The translations under genes were made by a program, and so were the position numbers. Below the pieces are notes generated by a model. It was not told where the DNA came from. It saw nothing but the letters and a program-made list of their open reading frames with translations, and ran no database searches. This document shows, one piece after another, positions 16,096 through 25,772 of a stretch of 33,040 bases of DNA; positions within the stretch are counted from its first letter, which is position 1, and every line of letters begins with the position of its first letter. The stretch is from Elusimicrobiota bacterium (GTDB taxonomy: Bacteria > CG03). The stretch covers positions 1 through 33,040 of the forward strand of contig JAGHAK010000020.1 of assembly GCA_021161565.1 (NCBI GenBank), written 5' to 3'.

Positions 16096-16689
16096 TTGCG
16101 CGACTGGCTGGGGACTGACCTCGACGGTATTGTCGCCGACACAGATCCCGTTTTCCGAAAATACATAGCGAAAATCTCGGGGAAATTTTTTCCCCGGGAA
16201 ATGGTGACGAGTTATTTTTACGAACAGTGTCTGCCCATAACCGAAGAAGTTGTCGACCGCGCGTACAGGATGATGTCGGAAGACCGGGTGTGGGGCGAAA
16301 TTCCGTTGATAGAGGGGGCGAAACCCGCTCTTGTCGAACTTTCGAAAAAGTTTGATATTTTCGCCATAACCGCCCGTCCGGCTGATGCGCGGGATTTAAC
16401 GGAAAAATTTGTGGCTGAAAATTCCCTGCCGGTAAAAAAAATTTATTTTCTCGAACAAAATCAGAGAAAAATCGAAATTATAAAAAAATTCTCCCGAAAA
16501 ATCCGCGCTTTCATAGAGGACCGCCTCGATTTTGCGAAAGATATCGCTCTTTCGGGGATAGAAACTTTTCTGCTGGATTACCCATGGAACAGGATTAAAG
16601 AAGACATTCCGAATTTAAAGAGAGTCTTCACATGGAGACAGATAAGAAATTTACTGCTTGTGGAAAATCAGAACAACCAGACCCGCTAA
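16096..16689 (+). CDS. HAD-superfamily 5'(3')-nucleotidase-like protein
   Basis: DLDGIVAD, ITAR, FIED, LLDYPWN; TTG start. Confidence 0.8.
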   Translation: MRDWLGTDLDGIVADTDPVFRKYIAKISGKFFPREMVTSYFYEQCLPITEEVVDRAYRMMSEDRVWGEIPLIEGAKPALVELSKKFDIFAITARPADARDLTEKFVAENSLPVKKIYFLEQNQRKIEIIKKFSRKIRAFIEDRLDFAKDIALSGIETFLLDYPWNRIKEDIPNLKRVFTWRQIRNLLLVENQNNQTR

Positions 16690-17775
16690 CGCCCAGAATC
16701 CTCCCCACAGGAAACAAAGAGCTGGATTGGAATTCCATAGAATTCCCTGCACGATTCCGCCGATAAGAAGGAATATTGTCCGCACCATCTGAAACAACCC
16801 CATTGATTTCCCCTTGGATTCTGCCTTAGAGACGCTGTTAATCCATACCCGCTGGTTTACATCCACAAATCCGTGGCTTACGCCGAATACAACCATTGAA
16901 GCCATAAGGAGATAAGGATTTCTTACAAAAACAAAATAAACGCAGAGAATGAGAAAAAGAGAATTTCCCACAAACATCGCTTTGCGGCAGGTTGTTTTGT
17001 CGGAGTATTTCCCTGCCGGCACTGCGGAGGCGGCATAAAAAAGGTTGTAAATTATGTATGAAATGATACCTGCCGAAACCGCGGTTGCCCCTGCTTTTTT
17101 GTACGACAGCTGAATGAAAACCACAAAAAAAAGATAACTCAGATTTCCGAGAGAAAAAACGGCGATGTAAAACAGGATTGAGGCGAGATTTCCCGTCTGG
17201 TTTGTTTGCTTCTCTTTTTTTATTCTGCGTTTTTCCTTCAGAATAATAATCGGAATCAGCGCCGTGAAAGCGATGACGCTTGCGGTGAGAAGTATGCTTT
17301 TTATTCCGAAACCGAGATTCCACATCACGAACGCGAGAATCGTCCCGAACGCCGCGCCGGTTGTGTCCATCATTCTGTGAATCCCAAACGCTTTTCCCGC
17401 GAATTCCTTCGGTATCACATCGCCTATCAGCGAATCCCGCGGCGCGCTCCTTATTCCTTTTCCTATTCTGTCTCCGGATCTAGCCGCTGCCACAAGGGGA
17501 ATGGAATTCGAGAAAGCGATAAGAATTTTCGAAATGGAAGAAAACAAATAACCCGCGAAAATGAGAGGCTTCCGCCTGCCTATTTTGTCGGAGAGAGTGC
17601 CGCTTAGAAAGTGCGTTATTCCCTGAAAGACGAAAGGAAGGTTGCCCACGATTCCGATGGCGATTCCGCCGCTTTTTAGCGCGAGCAAAAACGCAGGCAT
17701 CATCGCGTTTATCATTTCGGACGAGATGTCCGTTAGAAAACTAACGAGACCTAAAAGATAAATTGTGAGAAACAT
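16651..17775 (-). CDS. MFS transporter
   Basis: Multiple hydrophobic helices, motif A GTLSDKIGRRK, DISSEM, DRIGKGIRSAPRD; 39-bp convergent overlap with the HAD gene. Confidence 0.9.
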   Translation of the reverse strand: MFLTIYLLGLVSFLTDISSEMINAMMPAFLLALKSGGIAIGIVGNLPFVFQGITHFLSGTLSDKIGRRKPLIFAGYLFSSISKILIAFSNSIPLVAAARSGDRIGKGIRSAPRDSLIGDVIPKEFAGKAFGIHRMMDTTGAAFGTILAFVMWNLGFGIKSILLTASVIAFTALIPIIILKEKRRIKKEKQTNQTGNLASILFYIAVFSLGNLSYLFFVVFIQLSYKKAGATAVSAGIISYIIYNLFYAASAVPAGKYSDKTTCRKAMFVGNSLFLILCVYFVFVRNPYLLMASMVVFGVSHGFVDVNQRVWINSVSKAESKGKSMGLFQMVRTIFLLIGGIVQGILWNSNPALCFLWGGFWALAGLVVLIFHKQ

Positions 17776-19105
17776 AATCGAAAATTTTGTCGATTTCCAT
17801 TTTTCTCGAGCCTTTGAAAATTATAAAAGCCGCTTTTGCCCGAGTGATTTCCTCAGCCGCTTTCTGCGGCGACTTTATAATTTTTGCCCGCACGCCTTTG
17901 CCTGCCGATAACGCTCCTTTGATGAAACTGCTGGCGAATTGCCCCCTGTAAAAAATTTCGGACACGCCTGCTGCTGCGAACCTTTTGCCTGTTTTTCTGT
18001 GGAGTTCTTCCGACCTGTTTCCAAGTTCCAGCATATCTCCGAAAACGAGTATCTTTTTTCCGGCAAGATTCCTTAGAATTTCGCAAAGTGCCGCTGCGGA
18101 ATCGGGATTTGCGTTGTAGGAGTCATCTATCAGAATTTTTCCCCTGATTTTTTTCACGTTTATTCTGCCTTTCTGGGGGGAAAAAGTTTTTAGCCGCGCT
18201 CTTATTGTTCCCCAGCCGATTCCGATGATTCTCGCCGCCGCTATTGCCGCGAGAGCGTTTGACACATTGAATATGCCGGGAATCTTCATTCTGAAAATTT
18301 TTCCGTTGACTGCGAAAGTTGCGCCGTTTATGTCCGTGGATATTTCTCTTGCCGTAAAGTCGGCGGGTTTCCTGATGGAATAGGTTACCGTTTTCCCCCG
18401 CGCCATCTTTCTCAGTTTTTCGGTGTATGGGGTGTCGGCGTTCAGGATAACCGTTCCGCTTTCTCCGATACCCGTTACCAGTTCGCTTTTTTCTTTGAAG
18501 ACATTGTATTTGTTTTTGAGAAATTGGAGGTGCGTTTCTCCGATGTTTGTTATTATTCCGATATCAGGTTGTGCGATTCCGCAAAGTTTCCCGATTCCGC
18601 CTATTTTGTTTGTTTCCATTTCAAGGACAAGGATTTCCGTTTTCGGATTTGCCTCGCAGACTGTCAGCGGCACCCCGATGAAGTTATTGAAACTTTTTTT
18701 TGCGGAAACGACTCTGAAATTTTTTTTGGCGATGTGGGCTATAATGTCCTTGGTTGTAGTTTTGCCGTTTGACCCTGTCACGGCAATCACCTTTGGCGAG
18801 ATTTTTGTTCTCCAGAAAGCGGCGATTTCCTGAAGCGCGGCGAGAGAATTTCGAACCAGAATGACGGGTTTTTTGGTTTTTTGTTTTATTCGCCTGCCTA
18901 CCACCGAGGCGGCGGCGCCGGCGAGAAAAGCGGAATTCAAAAATTTGTGTCCGTCTGAATTTTCGCCTTTCAGCGCAATAAACAAGTTTCCTTTCTTTGT
19001 CTTTCTCGAATCGACTGAAACGCCCCTGATTTTCCCGACGAGCGGTCCTTGAATTGGAACGCCTCTGACAAGTTCCGCAATTTGTTTTATGGAGAGATTT
19101 ACCAT
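17741..19105 (-). CDS. murF: UDP-MurNAc-tripeptide--D-Ala-D-Ala ligase
   Basis: DSR, GENSDGH, VTGSNGKTTTK, SFNNFIGVP, IDDSYNANP, GDMLELG, KGSR. Confidence 0.95.
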   Translation of the reverse strand: MVNLSIKQIAELVRGVPIQGPLVGKIRGVSVDSRKTKKGNLFIALKGENSDGHKFLNSAFLAGAAASVVGRRIKQKTKKPVILVRNSLAALQEIAAFWRTKISPKVIAVTGSNGKTTTKDIIAHIAKKNFRVVSAKKSFNNFIGVPLTVCEANPKTEILVLEMETNKIGGIGKLCGIAQPDIGIITNIGETHLQFLKNKYNVFKEKSELVTGIGESGTVILNADTPYTEKLRKMARGKTVTYSIRKPADFTAREISTDINGATFAVNGKIFRMKIPGIFNVSNALAAIAAARIIGIGWGTIRARLKTFSPQKGRINVKKIRGKILIDDSYNANPDSAAALCEILRNLAGKKILVFGDMLELGNRSEELHRKTGKRFAAAGVSEIFYRGQFASSFIKGALSAGKGVRAKIIKSPQKAAEEITRAKAAFIIFKGSRKMEIDKIFDYVSHNLSFRSR

Positions 19106-19110
19106 TTGAT

Positions 19111-19116
19111 ATTATA
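19111..19116 (-). promoter_or_regulatory. -10 box directly upstream of the murF start (possible leaderless transcript)
   Basis: Minus strand reads TGA-TTTTG-TATAAT-ATCAA-ATG with no Shine-Dalgarno. Confidence 0.45.
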
Positions 19117-19121
19117 CAAAA

Positions 19122-20141
19122 TCACAAAATAAGCATACAGTCTCCGAATGAAAAAAAACGCCAGCGGTTTTTGATCGCGTCTTTGTAGGCGGAAAGGATG
19201 AGTTTCCTTCCGGCGAACGCGCTTGCGAGAACGAGCAGAGAAGTTTTAGGCAGATGAAAATTCGTCAGAAGCCCGTTTATTATTTTGAATTTGTAGGCGG
19301 GTGTGATAAAAAGTTTTGTAAAACCTCTTCCTGGTTTCGAAAACCATATTCCATTTTTTCTTTCGCAGCAGCTTTCCAGCGTTCGCGTAACGGTCGTTCC
19401 GCAGGCGATTATCCGCCTTTTTTGGGCAATCGCCAGATTTATACTATCCGATGTTTTCTCCGGAATTTCAAAAAACTCCTCTTCCATTTCGTGATTTTCA
19501 ACGGTATCCGTTTTGATGGAATTGAAAGTGCCGAATCCGACATGAAGAGTTACAAATTTTATTTCGACGCCTTTTTTTTCGAGTTTTTTCAGAATATTTT
19601 TTGTGAAGTGAAGACCTGCCGTCGGGGCGGCGACAGCGCCGTTTTTCAAGGCGAAAACCGTTTGATATCTGCGCGTGTCCTGTTTTTTTTCCTTGATGTA
19701 GGGCGGGAGAGGAATTTCCCCGATTTTGCCCAGAAAATTTTCTATGTTTTCGCTGAATTCCACAACACCTTTTCCCCTGATTTTCTTTTTAAGCGTTCCG
19801 AATATTTCTCCGGCTATTTGGATGGTTTCGTTTTCCCTGACTTTTCTCATAGGCTTGACAAGGCATTCCCATGCGCGGTTTTTTATTTTCTTCAGCAGAA
19901 GCAGTTCTATTCTCGCGCCGCTTTTTCTTCTCGCAAGAATTCTTGCCGGTATAACTCTGGTGTCGTTCAGCACGAGAACATCGCCTTTTTTCAGGAATTC
20001 GGAAAATTGCGAAAATTTTGTCTTTATAATTTTTCCGCTTTGTCTGTCGATTACCATAAGATTGGACAGGTCTCTCCTTTCGGCGGGTTTCTGCGCGATT
20101 AACTCGCTCGGCAGACTGTAATCAAAAAGCGAAATTTTCAT
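19122..20141 (-). CDS. queA: SAM:tRNA ribosyltransferase-isomerase
   Basis: FDYSLPSELIAQ, NDTRVIPAR, PLPPYI, YQTV, AAPTAGLHF, TLHVG.GTF, TNFHLP, FFSFGD. Confidence 0.96.
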   Translation of the reverse strand: MKISLFDYSLPSELIAQKPAERRDLSNLMVIDRQSGKIIKTKFSQFSEFLKKGDVLVLNDTRVIPARILARRKSGARIELLLLKKIKNRAWECLVKPMRKVRENETIQIAGEIFGTLKKKIRGKGVVEFSENIENFLGKIGEIPLPPYIKEKKQDTRRYQTVFALKNGAVAAPTAGLHFTKNILKKLEKKGVEIKFVTLHVGFGTFNSIKTDTVENHEMEEEFFEIPEKTSDSINLAIAQKRRIIACGTTVTRTLESCCERKNGIWFSKPGRGFTKLFITPAYKFKIINGLLTNFHLPKTSLLVLASAFAGRKLILSAYKDAIKNRWRFFSFGDCMLIL

Positions 20142-20146
20142 AACAA

Positions 20147-20175
20147 TTGATATAAAGCAAATTTTATACTAAAAT
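20147..20175 (+). promoter_or_regulatory. Putative sigma70 promoter of the envelope gene block
   Basis: TTGATA-17 bp-TAAAAT in the 57-bp divergent gap. Confidence 0.55.
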
Positions 20176-20198
20176 AGCAAAATGGAGTTTCGGATACA

Positions 20199-22295
20199 AT
20201 GAACAAAGACCTGGCTTATTATGTGAGAAGAGCGGTTGTGTTGCTTACCCCAATTTTGTGTTTTCTGGTGGCAGTCGCTTTTTATCTTAAAACCTACGAT
20301 TCCGCCACAATCAAAATAACGCTCGTCCAGATGGGCGGAGTTTTTCTCATAGCGCTTTTTCTGGTCGAGAACATGGAAAGCGGGTGGAATCTGACAAAAG
20401 ACGAAATTCTCTTTGTCCTGCCCGTCATTGCTTTTTTTCTCTGGGGGACATTCTCATACATAAAATCTCCATTCAAAGAGTGGGCATCTTTTGACGAATA
20501 CTGGCGCAGGGCCATTTACACGGGGCTGTTTCTTATAGGATTTTTTGAATACAGAAGGTTGAAAGATGTCAAATATTTCACGATTATCATTCTTCTGACC
20601 ATTTTAACCGTATGTTTCTACGGTTTTATTCAAGATGCCGGTCTCGACCCGTACGCGTGGAAGGGCGCGTTTGGGACAAGGCATTTTTCGACTTTCGGCA
20701 ATCCGAATTTTTTTGGTGCGTGGCTTGCGGGAATGTCGGCGATACCGATAGCGTATTTTCTGAAAACAAAGAATTTCATTTTCATTCTGATTTATATTGC
20801 CGTCGTCATAAACGCGTGGTTGACGGGAAGCAAAGGGAGCATTCTTGGCCTTGGCGGCGCCACGCTTTCTTCCGTATTGCTTATTGCTCTTTATTCGGGC
20901 TATGTAAACAGAAAAAAAGCGGTGAAGTATCTGAAAATTTTATCTCCGCTTTTTCTCGTTATTGTAGTTGGGGCTATTGTGGTTTTAGGCAATCCCACCT
21001 CGTACAAGTTCAGAATTTTCACCTGGTCGGGCGGGATTGAGATGTTGAAAAAGCACCCAGTCGCCGGCACGGGGATAGGAAGTTTCAAAGAGGTTTATCC
21101 GCTGTTCCGCCCTCCGGAGATTTTTTTCATCGAAGGAAAACACAACACGGAAACAGACCATTTTCACAACGAATTTCTCGAAATTTTTTATGACGAAGGT
21201 TTCATAGGCATTGGCATTTTTCTGCTTATTCTGTTTATAGTGTCTTTTGCGGCAATAAAGAAACTTTCGAAGATAGGTTTTATGTCCCAGCATCGCCTTC
21301 ACCCGGAACTTGCCGACAGGACATTTCTTTTAATCGGCTGGTATTCGGGAGCGATAGGGATGCTTGTCCAGGCGGCGATGAGCGTTCATATGAGGTTTGT
21401 TTCCTCGGGGCATATTTTCTGGCTGATGCTTGGCGTGACAGGGGCTTTGAGTTTTCCAGGCCGCCCCCGGAAGCAGGGTAACAGGAAAATGAACGAACTT
21501 TTCAAAATTTCCCTTGAATTTGCCGTTGTAATTGTCGCCATTTATTTGATGGGATATTTCAGAAGGTTTTTTATTGCGGACATAAATCACAATATCGCGA
21601 TAGCGTATTCGAAGCAGGGAATGTGGGACAACGCGCTCAGACGGTACGACAGGGTTATAACTCTCTGGCCCAGATTTGTTATGGCGCACTATTTTATGGG
21701 AAATGTTTTTAATGACAGATGGAATCTCACGCCGCAGTATAATCCGCTCTGGGACAAAGGTTTTCCGTCAGGCACGAAACGGACCGACCCGGAAAGAGCG
21801 ATTTCCAAATACGAGGATGTCAAGCGGCTCGCGCCGAACTATGTCCAGACGCATTATCAGATAGGGAATATTTACCTGAAAATGGGCAAATTTTCGCAGG
21901 CGCTCGAAAATTTTAACCGGGCGCAGGACATCGATCCAATTTTTTATCTGACTCCTTTTAGAAAGGGGTACTGCCTGGTGCAGTTGAGAAAATTTGCAGA
22001 TGCTGAAGCAGCCTTCCGCCGGTCTGCGAAAAACGCCAGGTTGATGCACAGAAAATTTCCCGAGGCGTATACAAATCTGGCGAATGTTCTTTTCCTTGAA
22101 CACAAAAACGCCGATGCGGAAAAAATATACAGAAAAGCGATAAAACTTTCGGGGCGAAGACCCGAAGCGTATTATCCGCTGCTTAATTTTTATGAAAAAA
22201 CCAAAAATTTCGGAAAAGAGAAGGAATTATGCCGAGAAATCCTAACAATAGACCCTCAAAACAAAAAAGCCAGGGAAGTTCTGGGAATAAAGTAG
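20199..22295 (+). CDS. O-antigen ligase/Wzy_C-like polytopic membrane protein with C-terminal TPRs (copy 1)
   Basis: Many TM helices, STFGNPNF, TGSKG, R..W.....HPVAGTGIGSF, HFHNEFL, followed by TPR-like helical repeats. Confidence 0.8.
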   Translation: MNKDLAYYVRRAVVLLTPILCFLVAVAFYLKTYDSATIKITLVQMGGVFLIALFLVENMESGWNLTKDEILFVLPVIAFFLWGTFSYIKSPFKEWASFDEYWRRAIYTGLFLIGFFEYRRLKDVKYFTIIILLTILTVCFYGFIQDAGLDPYAWKGAFGTRHFSTFGNPNFFGAWLAGMSAIPIAYFLKTKNFIFILIYIAVVINAWLTGSKGSILGLGGATLSSVLLIALYSGYVNRKKAVKYLKILSPLFLVIVVGAIVVLGNPTSYKFRIFTWSGGIEMLKKHPVAGTGIGSFKEVYPLFRPPEIFFIEGKHNTETDHFHNEFLEIFYDEGFIGIGIFLLILFIVSFAAIKKLSKIGFMSQHRLHPELADRTFLLIGWYSGAIGMLVQAAMSVHMRFVSSGHIFWLMLGVTGALSFPGRPRKQGNRKMNELFKISLEFAVVIVAIYLMGYFRRFFIADINHNIAIAYSKQGMWDNALRRYDRVITLWPRFVMAHYFMGNVFNDRWNLTPQYNPLWDKGFPSGTKRTDPERAISKYEDVKRLAPNYVQTHYQIGNIYLKMGKFSQALENFNRAQDIDPIFYLTPFRKGYCLVQLRKFADAEAAFRRSAKNARLMHRKFPEAYTNLANVLFLEHKNADAEKIYRKAIKLSGRRPEAYYPLLNFYEKTKNFGKEKELCREILTIDPQNKKAREVLGIK

Positions 22296-24586
22296 TTTCC
22301 GCCGCTTTTTGGGTTTTCGCTTTCGCAATTGTTGTCTCGCCCCTTATCTTTTTTACGGATGTGACGAGAAATCCGTATATTATACAGAATATAATTTTCA
22401 GGACGCTTGTATTCGCCGCTGCCATAATGATTGTTTTTTCCAGAAAAAACGGCATTTTTTTCGCAAAAACTTTTATGGATGTTCCCTTTCTTGTTTACGG
22501 AATTCTGATTTTCCTGTCGATAATTGTCAGCCTGCTGATGTATCCCCAGTGGAAAGCGGCTCACATCGTCTTCTGGGGAAAGAGAATCATTTTTTTTGTT
22601 TTTAACTGCGTCGCGGTTTTTTATATTTCCTTTCTTATGTCGAAAGACGGATTTTTCAGGCGCGTTCTTGTATATGCGATTATCTTCACGGCCACTGTCG
22701 CCGCGGGATACGCGTTTCTCCAATACACCGGCCACGAATTCATCTGGCCTCGAAATCTGCATCACTACGGTTCGAGGAGTGTTTCGACTTTTGGCAATCC
22801 GAATTTTTTTTCAAGTTTTCTCATAGTCGTTCTTATGCTTGATATTTTTGCCTATTATTCTTCGCGGGAGGTTGCGAAAAGCGCGGTTTTCCTCCTGATT
22901 TTTCTCGCGAATTTTTTTGCGCTTCTCATAACGGAAACGCGCAGTTCATGGGGCGGTTTCGCGGGCGCTTTTTTTCTCTTTCTGATTTTTTTTCTGAGAA
23001 AAGACACTTTGAAAAAGACGGTTGTGTTGGTGGCATTCGTGGTTGCCATTTCCGGCATATTCCCGTATCTTGCTTATAACAGAGACCATCCGACGGTGCT
23101 TAACAGAATCAAGAGCCTGACGAAGTTAAAAGCCCTGAAAAAATCGAATTCGCTGCAGCAGCGTTTGATGATATGGCAATGCGCTTTGGGAATGTTCAGA
23201 AAATCCCCTCTTGTCGGAGTCGGCTGGGGAAGTTTCGAATTGAGATATCCGTTTGAGCAGGGCGCTGTTTTAAGCAAAAAACCTCAATGGGGAGGAATGA
23301 GAACCCATGCCAACAATTCGCACAACGAAATTTTCGAGCAGGTTTCGCAGATTGGTCTGGCGGGCTTTCTGTGTTTTTGTTTTTTATGGTTTGTTTTTTT
23401 CAAAAAAACCGCGGGTTGTTTCCTGAAAAAGAAGACAATGCTTCTCGGCGCCGCTCTTGCCGCCACAGCCGGTTTTTTCGCCGATAATCTGCTCAATGTC
23501 ACTTTTAATTTCCCGATGCCCGCACTCGCCTTCTGGGTTGCCGCCGGAATAGCCGCGGGAGAAAGTCAGGAAAAGTTTACTAAAATTTATAGACCCTTTC
23601 GAAATCAAAAATTGTATTTTGCCGTTTCGCTGGTTGTTTTTATCGTCTTTCTCTATGGGCAAATTCGCTATTTTAGAGGGGAAATCCATTATTTCAAGGG
23701 GTTCACGCTTTCGCGCAGGGGAATGTTGGAAGACGCCACCGCCGAATGCCTTAAATCGTGGCGTTATTACAAATACAATGTGGATAACGACTATGAACTC
23801 GGCAACTGTTATATGAGAAGAGGCATAATCGACAGGGCGATATGGGCTTACAAGGAGGCGCTGAGGGCTAATTACGGTTATGACGAAATTTACTTCAATC
23901 TCGCCATAGCCCAGCAGAGCGCAGGGGATTTCGACGCAAGCGAGAGGAACCTTCTTGAAGCGATAAGAATAAATCCCGTTTCCGCTGAGTATTATATGAG
24001 CGCGGGAAATTTCTATCTGCGGCGCAGAAAAGATAATGAAAAAGCGAAGTTTTATTACGAAAAAGCCCTTTCGGTCGATCCCGATTCGGTCGATACCCTC
24101 AACAATTTGGGATATCTCTATCTTCGGGAGGGAAAAATGGACCTCAGCCACGAGTATTACAAAAGGGCGCTTAAGATAAATCCCGCTTACGGAATAGCCG
24201 AGAAAAACATAAAAACGGTTTTGAAAGAGATGAAAATTCCCGTCGAAAAGTGGCGCGGCCGGGCAGCTTCTCTGGTGAAAGAGAAAAAATTTGACAGCGC
24301 CGCGCGGCTTTACGAAAAAATAACGGAATATAATCCAGGGGATGTTCTCTCGCTTTTTTATCTGGCGAACTGCTACACTTCCGTGAGAAAATTCGACAAG
24401 GCGATCGCGATTTACGAAAGGCTTGTCAGGTTTTTCCCGAAGGAGCTGAACTTTGTTCTGAATCTCGCAAAGATTTACATTTATAAGGGAGACAAACAGA
24501 AAGCGGTTGATCTGCTTCGCTCTGCCAGCAAAAGATTCCCGGGAAACAGCGAGATTTATTCGCTGCTAAAAAGTTTGAATGGCTGA
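22229..24586 (+). CDS. O-antigen ligase/Wzy_C-like polytopic membrane protein with C-terminal TPRs (copy 2)
   Basis: STFGNPNF, TETRSSW, RLMIW...PLVGVGWGSF, NSHNE, multiple TPRs (NNLGYLY, ALKINP); start uncertain (67-bp overlap). Confidence 0.8.
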   Translation: MPRNPNNRPSKQKSQGSSGNKVVSAAFWVFAFAIVVSPLIFFTDVTRNPYIIQNIIFRTLVFAAAIMIVFSRKNGIFFAKTFMDVPFLVYGILIFLSIIVSLLMYPQWKAAHIVFWGKRIIFFVFNCVAVFYISFLMSKDGFFRRVLVYAIIFTATVAAGYAFLQYTGHEFIWPRNLHHYGSRSVSTFGNPNFFSSFLIVVLMLDIFAYYSSREVAKSAVFLLIFLANFFALLITETRSSWGGFAGAFFLFLIFFLRKDTLKKTVVLVAFVVAISGIFPYLAYNRDHPTVLNRIKSLTKLKALKKSNSLQQRLMIWQCALGMFRKSPLVGVGWGSFELRYPFEQGAVLSKKPQWGGMRTHANNSHNEIFEQVSQIGLAGFLCFCFLWFVFFKKTAGCFLKKKTMLLGAALAATAGFFADNLLNVTFNFPMPALAFWVAAGIAAGESQEKFTKIYRPFRNQKLYFAVSLVVFIVFLYGQIRYFRGEIHYFKGFTLSRRGMLEDATAECLKSWRYYKYNVDNDYELGNCYMRRGIIDRAIWAYKEALRANYGYDEIYFNLAIAQQSAGDFDASERNLLEAIRINPVSAEYYMSAGNFYLRRRKDNEKAKFYYEKALSVDPDSVDTLNNLGYLYLREGKMDLSHEYYKRALKINPAYGIAEKNIKTVLKEMKIPVEKWRGRAASLVKEKKFDSAARLYEKITEYNPGDVLSLFYLANCYTSVRKFDKAIAIYERLVRFFPKELNFVLNLAKIYIYKGDKQKAVDLLRSASKRFPGNSEIYSLLKSLNG

Positions 24587-25772
24587 CACTTTTTTAATCA
24601 GGACTTTCGGATGCAAAACGAACCAGATTGATTCGGGAAAAATTGTCTCCAGATTGGTCGCTTCTGGCTGGATTCGCGACGAGTCCTGCCCCAAGTTGTG
24701 TGTTGTCGCATCCTGCTGTGTGACAGAGCGGGCTGAAAAAAAAGTTTTCGCGCAGGTGATGGGTCTGAAAAAGAAATTTCCGTCTTCAAAAATTGTCGTT
24801 TCGGGGTGCGTGACGGAATCTTTGAGGGAAAAATTCGCAAGGGAGAGAATTGCCACCAAATCGAATGAATCCTTTGAGGCGTCCGGAGAAATCTGCGCGT
24901 GGAATTTTCCAAGATATTTTCTGAAAATTCAAAACGGATGTGATGATTTCTGCGGATTTTGTATTGTGCCTTATCTGCGCGGGAAACCATCAAGCGTTCC
25001 GCCCGCGGATATTTTCAAGGAAATGGAACACGCGTTTGAAAAACTGCGTCCGCGGGAGGTTGTCCTTTCCGGAACAAACATAATGAAATATGAGATTGAG
25101 AATTTTTCTCTGATAGATTTGGTTTATGAAATTTCGCGGCGGTTCGATGTTCGAATCCGATTGAGTTCGCTATCTCTTCCTTTCGAAACGGGATTTATCG
25201 ACGAACTTTCGAAAATAAAAAAATTCTGTCCGCATTTTCATATCTCGCTTCAAAGCGGGTCGGACAGGATTCTCGGCAAAATGTTCAGGAAATATACAGT
25301 GTCGGATTTTATGGAGGCCGTTAGAAAAATAACCGAAAAATTTCCCGGCGCTGCGATTACAACGGATTTGATTTTTGGGTATCCCGGAGAAAGCGCCGCC
25401 GATTTTCGGGAAACGGTTAAAATTTTAAGGCGGATTGATTTCTGCCGCGTCCATATTTTCCCTTTTTCTCCCCGTCCCGGCACAATCGCGGCGCTGTTCG
25501 AAACAGAGAAAAGCCACGAGATGTTCGCTCGAAAAAAAATAATTCAGGAAGAAGCAGAAAAATCGATGATTCGTTATAGAAACAAATTTGCAGGCAAAGT
25601 TGTCGAAGTGGTCGTTGAGAAGCAGGATGGAGATTTTTCTTACGGCGTCTCCGAAAATTATTTAAGCGTGAAATTTACAGGCGCCGCCGGAATAGGGGAT
25701 GTGGTGAAGGTTTTTCTGGAAGGCCGCTCCGGCAGGTTTATGAAGGGGGTTATGGCGGATGGCAGAGGATAA
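24579..25772 (+). CDS. mtaB: tRNA methylthiotransferase, MtaB-like radical SAM
   Basis: TFGCKTNQ, CCVT, KIQNGCDDFCGFCIVP (CxxxCxxC), HFHISLQSGSD, HIFPFSPRPGT, TRAM-like tail. Confidence 0.8.
   Translation: MADTFLIRTFGCKTNQIDSGKIVSRLVASGWIRDESCPKLCVVASCCVTERAEKKVFAQVMGLKKKFPSSKIVVSGCVTESLREKFARERIATKSNESFEASGEICAWNFPRYFLKIQNGCDDFCGFCIVPYLRGKPSSVPPADIFKEMEHAFEKLRPREVVLSGTNIMKYEIENFSLIDLVYEISRRFDVRIRLSSLSLPFETGFIDELSKIKKFCPHFHISLQSGSDRILGKMFRKYTVSDFMEAVRKITEKFPGAAITTDLIFGYPGESAADFRETVKILRRIDFCRVHIFPFSPRPGTIAALFETEKSHEMFARKKIIQEEAEKSMIRYRNKFAGKVVEVVVEKQDGDFSYGVSENYLSVKFTGAAGIGDVVKVFLEGRSGRFMKGVMADGRG

Noticed and set aside
15605-16166. Minus-strand ORFs over tRNA-Ser and the ferredoxin
   Set aside because: Shadows of well-supported plus-strand features
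19254-20102. 282-aa plus-strand ORF
   Set aside because: Antisense shadow of queA
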